Made by a program: the position numbers and the translations under genes
Shown: piece by piece, positions 26,330 to 39,905 of the stretch
Position numbering within the stretch: the first letter of the stretch is position 1
Layout of the letters: each line of letters begins with the position of its first letter
The notes under the pieces: generated by a model
Told to the model about the DNA's origin: nothing
The model's input: only the letters and a program-made list of their open reading frames with translations
Database searches by the model: none
Source: Azolla caroliniana
Taxonomy: Eukaryota > Plantae > Polypodiophyta
Assembly: GCA_043228905.1 (NCBI GenBank)
Contig: JBHGNT010000006.1
Location: forward strand, 20,584,001-20,648,000
Length of the DNA stretch: 64,000 nt
Reading direction: 5' to 3'

Positions 26330-26970
26330 TTTTATTATATATTTATTCACTTATTTATTTACCTATTTATTTCTTTATTCACTTGCTTATTTATCTTTTT
26401 TTTAATTTTATTTATTCACTTATTTATTTAATTTATTTATTCACTCGTTTACGTTTTTACATACTCCACCTTTTTCTTTTTTCTTTTTTTATTCACTTGT
26501 TTATTTACTCCCATTTTTTTATTCACTTGTCTATTTATCTTTTTATTATTTCATTTATTCACCTATTCATTTTATTTACATATTCACTTGTCTATTTATC
26601 TTTTTATTATTTCATTTATTTACCTATTCATTTTATTTACATATTCACTTGTTTATGTATTTATCTTTTTATTATTTCATTTATTCACCTATTCATTTTA
26701 TTTACATATTCACTTGTTTATTATTTCATTTATTCACCTATTCATTTTATTTACATATTCACTTGTTTATTATTTCATTTATTCCCTATTCATTTTATTT
26801 ATTCACTTGTTTATGTATTTATCTTTTTATTATTTCATTTATTCACTTGTTTATTTATCCTTTTATTATTTCTTTTATTCATCTATATATTTTCTTTCTT
26901 TCTTTACATTATTCTATTTATTCAAATATTTATTATGTATTTACCTACTTACTTATTAATTTATTTATCA
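26330..26970. repeat. AT/pyrimidine-rich minisatellite (core about 61-bp period) upstream of AGO
   Basis: tattcacttg recurs at 26520, 26581 and 26642, then 26708 and 26755. Almost no G on the + strand. Confidence 0.85.
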
Positions 26971-27599
26971 ACTTTTTTGGGGGAGACATGTAGCTTCTTC
27001 TTTTTGTTCTCTTTTGTGTGTGTGTGTGTGTGTGTGTGTTTGTTCTTTGGGGCTTCAAAAGCAAAGAAGAGAGCCCCCCCCAATAGATGGATACATGCCC
27101 ACAAATCCAACTACAGTTTTATATAGCAAATCATGGAGGCAGTTGGGCACTCCCCTACATACGTTTTGTCCGCCCGATATACGGTTGTCCATGAATGACT
27201 GCAGTGCCACAAGCAATGCTATATTTACATATACGTATGCCTGGTGTGGCCTGCTGAAGAAATCATCATAGCCTTGCACGCACTCACATGATTCACACAC
27301 CTACTTACCCCACCCCCCCTTTTCATTTGTGATCGATCACCTGACCGACCAACCAACGAACCTAGAGCTACTAATGAATTGGTTTGGAACACCTCGGAAC
27401 CTTGACACAACAAGCACAATTTGCCAATGACCATGCCCACTCGGTTGAACTCAATGTTCTAGCCTCGTAAAGTCTTTGTTGGTATGTTGCCGAATTGAAA
27501 CATCCTTGACTACTACACTTAAATCCTACATGGTGTGTGTGTGTGTGTGTGTATGCACTTTTTGAAGCTTGTGAATCCATGCAAAGTTTCAGATGAGAC

Positions 27600-27930
27600 T
27601 TTAACGTGGACTTCTTGTTTGAGGCAGAACTAACCCACACCGCATGTTCACGATATTAATAAAGTTTCCTTTTAGAACTGCCAATGTATGGATTTCCATA
27701 GAGAACAATGCTCCTAATACATGGAACTTGCGATGAGAACTGGGTATATTAATAACTATGCCTTTTTTGTCTGAATCATTTTAATGCGAACTTCTTGTTT
27801 CATGATATTAATAAAGTTTCCTTTTAGAAATGCCAATGTATGGATTTCCATAGAGAACAATGCTACTAATACATGGAACTTGCGATGAGAACTAGATATA
27901 TTTATAACTATGCCTTTTTTGTCTGAATCA
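27600..27930. repeat. Tandem duplication (about 150-180 bp x2)
   Basis: gatattaataaagtttccttttagaa...gtctgaatcat occurs at 27652 and at 27804. Confidence 0.85.
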
Positions 27931-29098
27931 TCTTTGGGTGCCTATAGAGTTCTAACAACGAGGTAGATAGATGTAAGGCTTCATGTCTGCATGAATATGG
28001 ATATAGGTGAGTTTTAGTTGAATCGATCATATGAATCATGTGATTGTCATTTTCTTTGCTCTCCTTGAATGTTTGGCCAAATTTTGTAATTTGAATGTGT
28101 TTAGGTTAGTTCTTTTCCTTATCAAAATGTGTAGGGAATCACTATTTTTCTTAATCTCTAGCATGAATGTACGTCCATCGATTCTCCATTGATAATTTAG
28201 CGATTTGGACGTTTTTCATTCTTGATTTTCACTCGATTGGCGTGTCCCCGCCACTGATGTGCAATGACTTATTTCGTTTATCAGCATTCCAATCCCTCCT
28301 TTCTCTTACAATGATTAAGGGCCGACAAACTAATGCCCATGTGCCTTACTTGATAATGATTCAAATCAACCATAAAGGCAATAAAATAAATCAAGTCATG
28401 CAAAAGATTTGGAATAAAGAACATCTACAATATGTATATGTGAGGACTTGGTTATGGGAAAGCAATAAAAAAGAAAAACAATATTTATGATTGTTGGTCA
28501 TTTACAAATTACAATGCATATTTGAATAAAAAACTCTTGAATTCTAAAATGAGCGGATTGCCAACATACATTCCCCTCTCAAACTCATTGAAAGCCCAAC
28601 ATTTATTGATGTTAATGGAGAATCACTAGAACTAAATTACTCCTCTTTACCCTAATCTTTAGGAAATATATGTTTTCTTGTTTGAATAGCTTCTATATGA
28701 TTTAGCAACTTCACTCTTCATGTACATTTTTGCTTGCTCGATACATGTAACTTCATTATTTAGTAACTCCTCTTCTATGAAAATACTTGTATCTATATCA
28801 ATTTATCTCTATTGCTCCTTTGTTTTGTTATACCTTGCCCTCAATACAACTTACAAGCACACAAACTTTATTGGTCTTGTTTTTTGCATGATGCATAGTT
28901 CCTTAGATGACTGTTTGCAATACATACTACCATCCACAAATCCTCCCCATGTGCAATGCCATATATGAAGAGTGGTTAGGGGTGCACCCAAATATCACAT
29001 TGTCATTTTTCATGTCACTTAGAGCAAGATGTTTCTCGATCATGAACTTGAAACAAATGAAAGTAACCAACAAGAGACAATTTGCATAGTCTTACCAA

Positions 29099-29915
29099 TA
29101 GGATTTGGCAACGGTTTGAGTTAGGCTTAACCAGTTTGGCCTTATCCAAACCAAACCTAACCAAACCGATCCCTATAACTAGTTTAGGAACCATTTTGGG
29201 ATAAAAACGCCGAAGAAACCCCAAAAACACCACTACCACTTCCTCCTCCTCATAATAAACCGTTTTGGGGTTCTAACTTCTCAAACCTAAACCAAACCAA
29301 ACCAAACCGATCCTTATAATTGGTTTAGGAACCATTTTGGGATAAAAATGCGGAAGAAACCCCAAAAACACCACTACCACTTCCTCTTCCTCATAACTCC
29401 CACCCCCTTGGCCTTACCACCTGTGAGTTCAAATTCAACTCCACGACTCCCTCTCAGTAGATTACTAGGCTTGGTCGACCGATGCCCATGAATCCCTTGC
29501 CTCCCACCACCCAAACCATGAACCCTGAGGCGATGGCGACCTTTCACTCTCGGTGATCCAATCCTTCTCCAAAGAATGTATATAATAGCAAGGATGTCCT
29601 TTGATCGTCCACTATACAAGCTCCCTCTCCTTCTCTGTCCCTCCCTCTCTCATCAGTCAACGGTTTGTTGCCTATGGCTTCCTGTTAGTCTCTTTGTCAA
29701 CATTCAAGTTCTAATTGTCTAATTTCTAACTTTCTAAACCCTAATTCTTAAATCATAAACGGTTTGAGTCAGTTTGGCAAGGCCCAAGCTCAGCCGAGCC
29801 AAGCTCAAACCATTTAGGTAGTCTGAAGCCTAAACCGAGCCGTTAAGCCTCTAAGTTGTTTTAAACCGGTTTAGCTAAACAGTTTAGGCTTGAGCCGAGC
29901 TGTTGCCAGTCCCTA
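29099..29915. mobile_element. Non-autonomous hAT element (817 bp)
   Basis: TIRs taggatttggcaac / gttgccagtcccta and a perfect 8-bp TSD CTTACCAA (29091-98, 29916-23). Confidence 0.85.
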
Positions 29916-30071
29916 CTTACCAATGTCAAGAGCAAGAGGATGACAAACATCTCACACTATGATGCAAAAGCATATACTACATCTCAAACAAGAGTTTCTA
30001 AACTTTGGCCCATGCCAAGAACAAGAGGATGACAAACATCTCACACTAAGATGTGAAACATGTACTATAGC

Positions 30072-30463
30072 CATAGATTGACCCATGTGTGATATTCGAC
30101 ATTTGAGAATAGGAATTGGCCCCAAGAATATTATAAAACTATTCGTTTATTTTATTTTATTATTAAAAAAAGAATATTTTTTAAACACATTATAGAAATA
30201 TTTAATATGCTTAGAGTAAAAATGGGGGTAAATTTTATTTTTTAAATCTTTTTATTAAAAAAACAAATATTTTTATATGCATTACAGAAATATTTAATAT
30301 GATTAGTGTCAAGTCATTAATTGTGAAGTCCCTTTTCTTATATGTGGGAGAAGAAGGACGTAGTTTATAAACTACTACTTCTTCTTTTTAACGAATACTT
30401 TTTAATGTATTCGTATTCACATTCGTGAGGCCTCTAACACGAATGAGAATATGTAAATCTATG
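30072..30463. mobile_element. Old MITE with CATAGATT termini
   Basis: catagattga... / ...taaatctatg. The 8-bp flanks actatagc/attgtagt differ only by three transitions. Confidence 0.45.
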
Positions 30464-33309
30464 ATTGTAGTCTTGATCATTGCTTCCCATCATTAGTCAA
30501 TCATTGCAATATTCTTAGATAAAACATCGTCTAATTGGGTATAAGTTATAACAATTTGTGCTATATTCTCTATCTCGTACGACGAGAAAGCTCAGCTATA
30601 AACCAAACTTGAACATTCTGACCATTATACCCCTCTTTATTCAAACCAAAGCATAGGTGGATTCTGTGCATGTTTTGCACGTGCAAGTGTACTCTATTGG
30701 GTACACGAAATCCTTGCAAACCTACCTAAGCAAAGTCTAGACTTTGACATAACAAGATAAAAGTTATAGTGAATTAACTCCATTTCATTCTCTTCTTGGA
30801 TTGGAGCATTATTAGGGGCAAGGGACTACATATATGTAAGTGTGTACTAATATCTAACATACATATTCTACAATGGTGGTAATTTTGGTTCTTTCACTCA
30901 TGGATGAAAGAGAAAGAGAGATGAGTACAAACTTAAATTAACTACAAGATGCATCAAGAAATCAGAATTATTATAATGAATGGGGATGGTTCAAAAAATA
31001 ATAGATTAGTCTTCAATATTAGTAGTGGGTCATGGTTATGGATTAAATAATAACTTCGCATGCATATGTGCACGTGTATTTATTTTGTAGTTAACCAACA
31101 CCCCCCCCTCGTACACAATCAATCTTATCTATTCACATAAGACATGCCTCTAAATGATCCTCTTATTTTTTGTTTTCATAGAGTGTTCCATTACTCGACG
31201 ATGTGATCTTGGGTGTCTCTCCTAGTTATAAGTTCTTTAGCTCAAAATAATACATTTAGATGAGAGTATTTGCTTATCAAGTATAGTATTAGTATTTAGG
31301 CTATGGTGCTAAACAATCCAAGCACATTGTGAAACAAACAATTGCGTTGGGCTTCAAATAATATAGTATATATTACATATGCATATGTGATGTTCCTTGT
31401 TAGGAATCAAGCTCAACATAGTGCAACGTGTGAACACACCTTTTGAGAATCTATGATTACTCAAAGGTCAAGAGTCACACCACTACTCTTTACACATTAA
31501 CTATGTGCCATGGAATCATATTCTATTACACATAATTAATGAGTTACATATTCCCCATGATTATGAGTCTTCATATTCCCTAAGAGATAGTGGTTGTTGT
31601 AGTTAGTTAATGAAGAGAGAGGGTGACTATATATAAAGCACCATCCTCATACTTGATACTAAGTCGGTTGTGACTCCTTATTGAGTATACATGCTACATT
31701 TTGTATTTGTTATTCTACTTGTGAACATACACCTTCTTATTGAGTATTCATTTTCCTATCTATCTTGTGTTCTCTATTCTCTCCTCTAATTCCTCTCACA
31801 ATACACATAACACACATCTCTTCTGCTACACAAGAATCATACCCAATTCTTTACATTTCTTTTCAATTCTTTGTCCCTCTCACGTAGTTGGATATGACAA
31901 CAACTTGTCATATCATACTCTTAGTTATTGTCGTATCCCATCTACTACTTTCTATTTGTACTCGACGTTATATTATGTGTTTGGGAGTCATACTTAAGGT
32001 GAGCTTTACATTTGTATCGAACCATGTATAGAGGGTATATCATGTGTTGGAGGCATTCCCAATAGAAGCCACAGTGAGCTCCTACTAGATAGGAAACACT
32101 TTTGGGAACCTATGAAGGGTGTTGACATTAAAGACAGTCCCAACCACCTACGAGCAAGCAACATAAACAAGTCATGTGAATAAGTTTTAGTTAGAGATTT
32201 GGGAGACAACAAGGACAACATGAGGGTTATGATTTTAAAACGTAATTGTTAAGTGTCTGACACTCAATGCACCAGTTGTGAAGATCGTGGCACCAACAAA
32301 AGACATCAACCTCAACCAATCATAGGAAAAAAGGGAGATAGAACAAACTAAAGAGGGAACGATGTAGCCCAATAGGCACCCTAGTGTGAAAGAGATATAT
32401 TTGCCTTGTAATTAGCTATAAAAACCACCTTTTGGTGACTTTTAGAGCTCATCTTCATTTTTGAGAGTTCCCTTTCCACTAGCATATTCAAGCTCCTCCT
32501 TGGTCTCCCTAATCTTTATTAGAGTTAATAAATATTAGGGTTAAGGACTAATATGGCCAATTCCTAATCTTTATCTCTTGTATGGTGCTAAACCCCCTTG
32601 TATCAAGGAGAGAGAGTGGTGATTAGTAAATTACTTTCTTTGTTTTCACCTTGTCTATTATTATGTGTAAGAGAGAGTAAAGCATGTCGAGGAAGGAAGA
32701 TAAACATATTCATTTGCATGTAATTCTTCTCATTGGGTGTTCTCGATAGGGTATTTCCCTTGCTCTTTTTTTCTAGGTCGAGACATGCACAATGGAGAGA
32801 TAGAACATGAAGGCTTTGGCAAGTCACACTTGTTGATTGTAACCAAGAGAAAATCATATAGTTGGGTTCTCCTACAATATCAACGATTTATTCACATTGG
32901 TTTTTGGCATTTTGAGGAGGTGGATCATGATTCCACCAATAGGTTTAGATGCAACCAGAAAAAACCATGAATACATGGTGTTGTTAAGGAATGTACGAGA
33001 GAATATGGTTGGAGTCTTCACTTTCTATTGAAAGTGGAATCATGAATACCACCATTTTATGGTAGGGATGTTGTCAAGGTGGGAACACAACAATTTAATG
33101 GAACCTCAACAACAAACTCCAACTATGCTTTAATGGGGGAATCCAATCACAAGGACAATGCAAGTGGTTGCAGGGAATGCATACAATAACAAGGATTTGG
33201 TGGGGAGTTGGAAGCTCCAAAGTTATAACACTTCTAGTTTATCACATCTCAAAGACAATGCAAATGGTTGTGAGGAATGCCTACAATAACAAGGATTTAG
33301 GGGTGAGTC

Positions 33310-33776
33310 TAGCAATGGGCACAATTTTGGCTCAAATCGAACCGAGCCGTTAAGCCATGGCTTAACGGTTTATTGGTTCCAAAAAATATTAATGGTTTGG
33401 TTTGGACTTTCGATAAATGGTTCGATTCTAAAACTCGGGTTTAAAGGTTTTTGGTTAACCTTTTTTTTTACTTTAATAATTTATTAATTTAATGGTTTTT
33501 TATTGATTTAATAAATTTAACTTAAATGTTTATTTAATTTAATGTATTTTTGTTTATTTAAATATTTAATTAGTTTGACTTAAATGGTTAGGTTTAAATT
33601 TTGTATTAAATGGTTCGGTTTGGTTTTAACTTTTCCCTAAATGGTTTGGTTTACTTTTTCTTAAATGGTTTGGTTTAAATACTTGAGAGTTCATAAACGG
33701 TTTGGTTTGGTTTTTGTTTTATATAAACAGTTCGGTTTGATTTCTTTGCCTTGAAACCGAACCGTGCCCATTGCTA
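33310..33776. mobile_element. hAT-type MITE (TAGCAATGGGC family)
   Basis: TIRs tagcaatgggcac / gtgcccattgcta; TSD ggtgagtc/ggcgagtc (7 of 8). Confidence 0.88.
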
Positions 33777-34104
33777 GGCGAGTCATGAGTTGTAACATGT
33801 TTAGGTTAGTCTAGGCACAAACTTGGTAGGCCATGGAAAACCAAACCATAAGCTTCATAAAAACTCAATGCTTAGAAAATGGAGGAAATAATTGTGTTTC
33901 AAATAGAAAAAATATATACAAGGATGTGCTTTTTGAAAAAGGCTCACCCAAACTTGGGAGGAATGACTTTGTGTTAAGTACCTTTGTATACTTAACAACA
34001 ACCTACACTTTATAATCATGAATATTGGGATCGTCACTAGGAAACGATGTAATGGAAAAGCGAGAATACAATGACTACTTAGGATAGGGTTATGTCCTTA
34101 TAAC

Positions 34105-34650
34105 TAGCAATGGGCCCGATTTCAGCTTAAATCAAATCGAACCGTTAAACCATGGTTTAAAGGTTTATAAGTTCTAAAATAATTAAATGGTTTGGTTTGG
34201 TTTGGTTTGAATTAATAATAAATGGTTCGGTTTCAGTTCGGTTTGATTTTAAAACTAAGCTTTATAGGTTTTTGGGCTATCTTTTTTTATCCATTAAATG
34301 TTTATGTAATTTAATGGTTTAATTAATGTTTTTCATTGGTTTAATTCACTTAACTCAATTGTTTATTTAATCTAATGTCTCAATTAATCTTATTTATTTA
34401 TTTTAACATAAATGCTTATTTAATTTTGCATATTTTTATTTAATTAATTTTTTAATTAGCTTGGCTTAAATGTGATTAGGTTTAATTTTTTTATTAAATG
34501 GTTCGGTTCGGTTTTAACTTTTCCCTAAACGGTTTTGGTTTAAATGGTTTAGTTTACCTTTTTTTAAAATGGTTTGGTTTACATGTTCGAATGTTCATAA
34601 ATGGTTTGGTTTGGTTTCAAGGCATCAGAACTGAATCGGGCCCATTGCTA
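34105..34650. mobile_element. hAT-type MITE (TAGCAATGGGC family)
   Basis: TIRs tagcaatgggcccgatt / aatcgggcccattgcta; perfect TSD CTTATAAC. Confidence 0.92.
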
Positions 34651-35521
34651 CTTATAACATAAAAGACAATGAAGTAAACTCACTTAAATATGAAGGAAGT
34701 ATATAAAATGCCAAAATTTTGGTGCTTCCTATGCTTTTTCTTTATTCAATAGAGCAAAGCTCTATTCTATCCATCCTTGTTTGTTTGTCTCATTCTCTCT
34801 CCTTAATCGCCATTGTTATCATAATTATCTTTGTTGAAGACTTAAGTCTTTATCTCAGTTCTCAAACACGCACATTAAGTCTTTATTATAGCTAATTGAA
34901 ATGTGGTGTTAGACCCATTTTGATTTGTTTATTGTGTATTGATGTTTACTTTGAAACTTTATTTGATTCTTATTTAATGTATTTACTAGAAGGACAAGGT
35001 TACTGGTATAGAGTGTGTACCCACAATTTTCACATGACCATTTCTCATTGTCAACAATAAGGTAGACACATCCACGATCCTTGACTCACAATATCAACGT
35101 AGAGGAAGAACTCTACCAAGAAAGATGTGTGTTTAGGACACCTAAGAATTTTACATATCTTTTGGTACTTCTATCGACGATTAGAGCTTGAAACTCTTTG
35201 AAGTAAAGTTTTTCTAAGCTCTTGAGGCAAGCAAATCTATAAACAAGTCTTAAAAAACATTTAATAAGAACAAAGATGTTGAGATTGTTTTAATGATGGT
35301 ATAGGGTAAACTTAGTAACCAAAAGGTTTTAGCTCCTTAACCAACCTACTTATTTTACTAATTCGGTTTGCGCCCTAATTGTTGTTAACTAATTAAATTT
35401 TTTTGGGTTTAGAATTCTATTTTGCCAATCTTTTTTCACTATTTTTTTTTTCTTCCAAATTCTCTCTTTTTTTGTTAACCATAGGGATAATTACTTTGAC
35501 ACAATTCAAGGGATTTTATTG

Positions 35522-38500
35522 TTTTTTTTTTTTTCCAAAAAAACACTACTTCGCATTAGTTAGCAAACAAAATTACATCATAGAACACCCAAAGTTCTTC
35601 TCACCAGCCCTCACTCTGGCCTTCCCACCAAAGTGGACATAGTCCCCACCTCATTTTCAACAAACGTATCCAAACAACTCCAATAACCTAATAATTTGTA
35701 CCATATCTATACAGATTTACAGCACCTAGACGCTGTTGGAAACTGGAAACAACCATCGGGGTGCTTGGTAGTTCCATTGAGGCCCTGATGAGGATCTGCC
35801 CACCATAGGAGAGTTACCCCATTTCAGCAAGAACTTTGATCGAGATCTTTCAGCTGCATCAGATTCCCCCTTGATTGAGTCGTATCGTCCCCGTAGGCAA
35901 GATACCAACTCAAACCAGATATTTAATAATACCTCACCGCTAGGGATCTTTTGTTGTTGAAAAACAAATTTACAACGGTTGGTCCAAATGTGCCAGACCG
36001 ATAAACAAGACACCATCATCCATATCTCCTCAAAAAATTCTGAGTTAGTGCCATGTTGAACTCCAGCCCGTTGAAACACCTTGCCATCCTGCACTATAAA
36101 ACCATGTCCGTGGGGATTTAACTGTTCAGCCCAGCCTTCCCCTGTTAACTTCAGCCCTTGTACGGACCCCCATACAACTCTCCCATTCACTCCGCATGCT
36201 GCCACTATCCTGAGACTTCTACCCCAAATGTTAATAGCCTCGCTGCAGTTCCAAAAACAATGAGGAATTGATTCCAAAGGGTGTCCACAACTTTTGCATC
36301 CAGCCTCACCACCACGACACCTAAGCCACTCCCCCACCGGCACCGCTTTGTGACTAAGAAGCCACAACCAAAGCTTTATTTTTTCTGGCATATCAAACAC
36401 CCATAGCCTCCTCCAAAACGACTTCAACCAGTCATCAGAAATGCCTTTATCCTTCCAACTATTGCGAGTTAGGCCAGCACCCATCAATTTAGAGCCAATG
36501 ATTTGCCTTCCTAGCTTGGTAGTGTACTCGAAAAATCGTTCAAGTTTGTCTGTACCCGGTTTTTGCCACCACACCTCTAGTGGATCCCAATCCAGATCAC
36601 ATATGGGCTTGTTGTCAACTATCCAGAGTTTACGATCAGATTCCAGCTTCCCTGGGTCCGGGTTTACTTGCCACTTCTTACCTTCCAACATTGCCACTCG
36701 CACTGCCAACCATTGGCCATTGTCTGCCAAAGCACTTAGGTTGCCCCACAAACGATACTCATTAGATGGGCACCTGCCTCGGATAATTTGCGCATCGCCC
36801 TCACCTACAAACCACCCAAACCAGACCCCCTCTTCTTCATTCAACCTAGCTAGACCATCAACAGCCTTATCTATCAAGTGGGTAACCTTTTCCAGCCTGC
36901 CGGTAAATCTAGGACTTCCAACCAGACCCTCCCTTCTTCTCCTTTTGAACTCCTCCTAGTCTCTTACTGAACTAACATTGTACCCTACCATTTTTCCACA
37001 TGGCAAGTATTTTTTCTGACCAAGCATCATACCATCATCACTTCGAATCCTAGGGTTCCAAAACAGAGGTTGACGGAGTTGTTCCTCCATTGTTTTTGGC
37101 TGCATTAAGACCAGCCCCTCTCTTAAACTTGACCAGGCCCTCATTATGGTGCGGGCCACCCTATCCTCCATGCTAGTAGGTTCTTTTAACGTTAGGCCTG
37201 GACTGAACAACCACCACATCTTTGCCTTCCAAGGGCCGCCATTCCTCGGACTCCAGAGTTCAGCTCTGTCTCTAAGAAGCAATTTCCACAATTCTGGTCC
37301 AGGTTGGAGACTTCGCACCAAGAGCTTACCAAGTAAAGCCTTACTTTGGTGACCTGGATCCACCATCCCAAGTCCACCTTGACTTTTTGCAGTCTCAATG
37401 CAGGCCACTTTAGCTGAAGCAGTCTCATGGTCTCTACCCGACCAAAGGAACCCTCTCACCATTGCCTTAATATTTTTTATGCACTCTTTATCTAACATCC
37501 AGCATGCCAACGAGTGCCACATGGTGGCCAACAAAATATGGTTTACCACAACCACTCTACCTGCAAGGGAAAGCTTTACTGATGCCCATAACCGAAGTTT
37601 TTTTCTGATTTTGTCTTTCACTTGCTCAAGTTGCTGATTTTTCTGAATCTCTATTCCCACCAAAAAGCCCAAATACTTAACAGCCCTTCCATTAGGAACC
37701 CATTGAAAATCAGCATTAGGTTGCCAATTCAGCCAAGAGTTTGGACTTACCCAAAACCCTCTACTTTTGTTCCAATTAATTTTCCCACCTGATGCTTTAC
37801 AGAACAACTCAATTCGATTTTCAGCCTGCTGTAAATTAGCATCATTGCCTTGCAGATAGAGCATGGTGTCATCTGCATACATGGAGTTCAACAAGTCCTT
37901 ACAAGCATGTGGGACAACCAAACCTCGAATTCCTGCATCTGGTCTATTTAAAAAGAAAGAGAATGCCTCTGAGATAAATAAATAAAGGTAGGGGGCCAAT
38001 GGGCACCCATGTCTGACAGACTTGCATAATGGAATTGATGGGCCCCGTTGCCCTAGTACCAACACCCTACTCAAGCTTCCTTTGTAAAGCGCCAACGCAG
38101 CTGCTCTCCATTTTGAGGGTAGTCCCAACCGCTCCATGACTTTGTCTAAAAAAGGCCATTGTACTCTATCATATGCCTTCTCAAAGTCAAGCATGAGGCA
38201 TGCAATATGTTGATTGGTTTTCTTCGCCAGGGCAATCACTTCCCAAAAGGTCAACACATTATCGATTATACATCTATTTTCCATGAATCCTGTTTGTCCA
38301 ACATTAATTAGCGCATGTAAGTGGGGTTTGACCCTCTTGGCCAACATATTAGCAAAAATCTTATAGATTGTGTTGAGCAACGTAATCGGTCTCCATTGCC
38401 TCACATCTGATACTATACCCTTTACCTTAGGAATTAGAAATATTAGTCCCTCTTTAAAATGTTCAGGGAGGTACCCATCATCCCATGCCTCATTTAGTCC

Positions 38501-39905
38501 AGCAACCAGGTCAACCTTAATTATTTCCCAAAATTTTTCATAAAAATCTTTTGATAATCCATCGTCTCCTGGACAAGACGTCCTACATATACTTGCTAGA
38601 GCATCTGACACCCCCTCTTCCAAGAGTGGCCCTGACAACTTAACTTGTGCAACCTCTGAAATTCTTGGTTGCATTCCCTCCAATACAAATTCTGCCAGTG
38701 AGGGCTGGTCTAGGAGACTATAATTATTTGATAGTAGCCCATTATAGTGAGATGTGACTGCCTCCATGATCTCTGATACATCTTCTGACAGTGAACCATC
38801 CTCCTTGATCAATTTAGGAATGAAGTTACCAATTGTGCACGGTTTTTTAAACTTAAAAAATTGTTGGTTCACCTTGTCCCCATTCCTACTCCACCAAGCT
38901 GCTGAACTCCTGAATACCATCTTATTTCTTGACACAATCAGCCGCTGTAGTGTTTCTTTGGCAGCCTCCAAACCTGATCTTGACCAAAGACACTTGGGAT
39001 TTTTCTAGAGCATTCTTTGGGCAGCCGCTATCGATCTTCTTAGTCTCACCTCTCTTTCCTTAGATCTCTCCAATCTATTTTTAGTCTCTTCATGCAAATA
39101 CTTGCTTAGATTACCGAAAATTAAACATCGTAACCATTACGGACGCATTTCCTTTACCCTTCACCGATAGCGTACTACACGCCATCGCAGGACATGAGAT
39201 GTACAGTTTTTTAGATGGCTTCAGTGGGTATAACCAGGTACGCATGCATCCCGAGGACCAAGAAAAGATGGCATCTGTCACGGACTGGGGAGTCTATGTG
39301 GCAGTCGTCATGATGTTTGGGCTAAAGACGACACCGTTCAATAATCTTTCCTTGAAGATTATCCAAAGCACCACAACCAGCTAGATTATTTTCCCATATA
39401 CTCCTTATCTTACTTCTCACCTCCACATCCTCAAAAAGCTTATTACTAATCCTTAAGTTGCAGTCCCTTTTGTTCAGCCTCTGAGTGACCAACGTAATCG
39501 AAACCGGCATGTGATCAGAGTAAGCTGAACCTGCGATGATTTCAACATTGCTGCCATATTTTTCCAGTTCCGAGCTTATGTATATTCTGTCTATGCGAGA
39601 CATACAATAGCCATTTATATTACAGCCTGCTCTTGAGAAGCGTAATGAGCTCCGAGGCTTTTTTAGTACATACCAAGCATCTTTCACTCCCATTCTGCCC
39701 ATCAACAAATCCCATGCAACTAGCTCTGACCCCTGCACCGCCGTATGCATGCCCCCCACCTTGTCTTCTGCGTGCATAGTCATGTTAAAATCCCCTGCGA
39801 GGATCCATGCATCTACCATCGGCAATCCATCAGCCAATTGCCTCCAAAAAAGGGCCCGCATCACTATCGAATTGGGCGAAACCCAAAAGTTGAGGCCCCA
39901 CAATG
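35522..39905 (-). mobile_element. 5'-truncated L1/Tx1-like LINE: ORF2 with EEP endonuclease, RT (YADD) and zf-RVT, plus poly(A) tail
   Basis: EN motifs LAGDFN, SRIDRIY, SDHMPV (39903-39337). RT motifs WRPITLLNTIYKI, LDFEKAYDRV, HGCPLAP, YADD (38971-36956). zf-RVT at 36877-35726 in the same frame. Only two point stops (36956, about 39005) and one insertion. T-run at 35522-35534. Confidence 0.93.
39107..39336 (+). mobile_element. Ty3/gypsy reverse-transcriptase fragment inserted antisense inside the LINE
   Basis: Translates DYRKLNIVTITDAFPLPFTDSVLHAIAGHEMYSFLDGFSGYNQVRMHPEDQEKMASVTDWGVYVAVVMMFGLKTTP. Confidence 0.88.

Noticed and set aside
26320-27126. 268-aa hydrophobic ORF and overlapping ORFs
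   Set aside because: Translation of a G-poor low-complexity minisatellite; non-ATG start and no domain.
31398-31902. Possible LTR (TGTTAGG...CAACA, TATA at about 31628)
   Set aside because: No TSD, partner LTR or convincing PBS found by eye.
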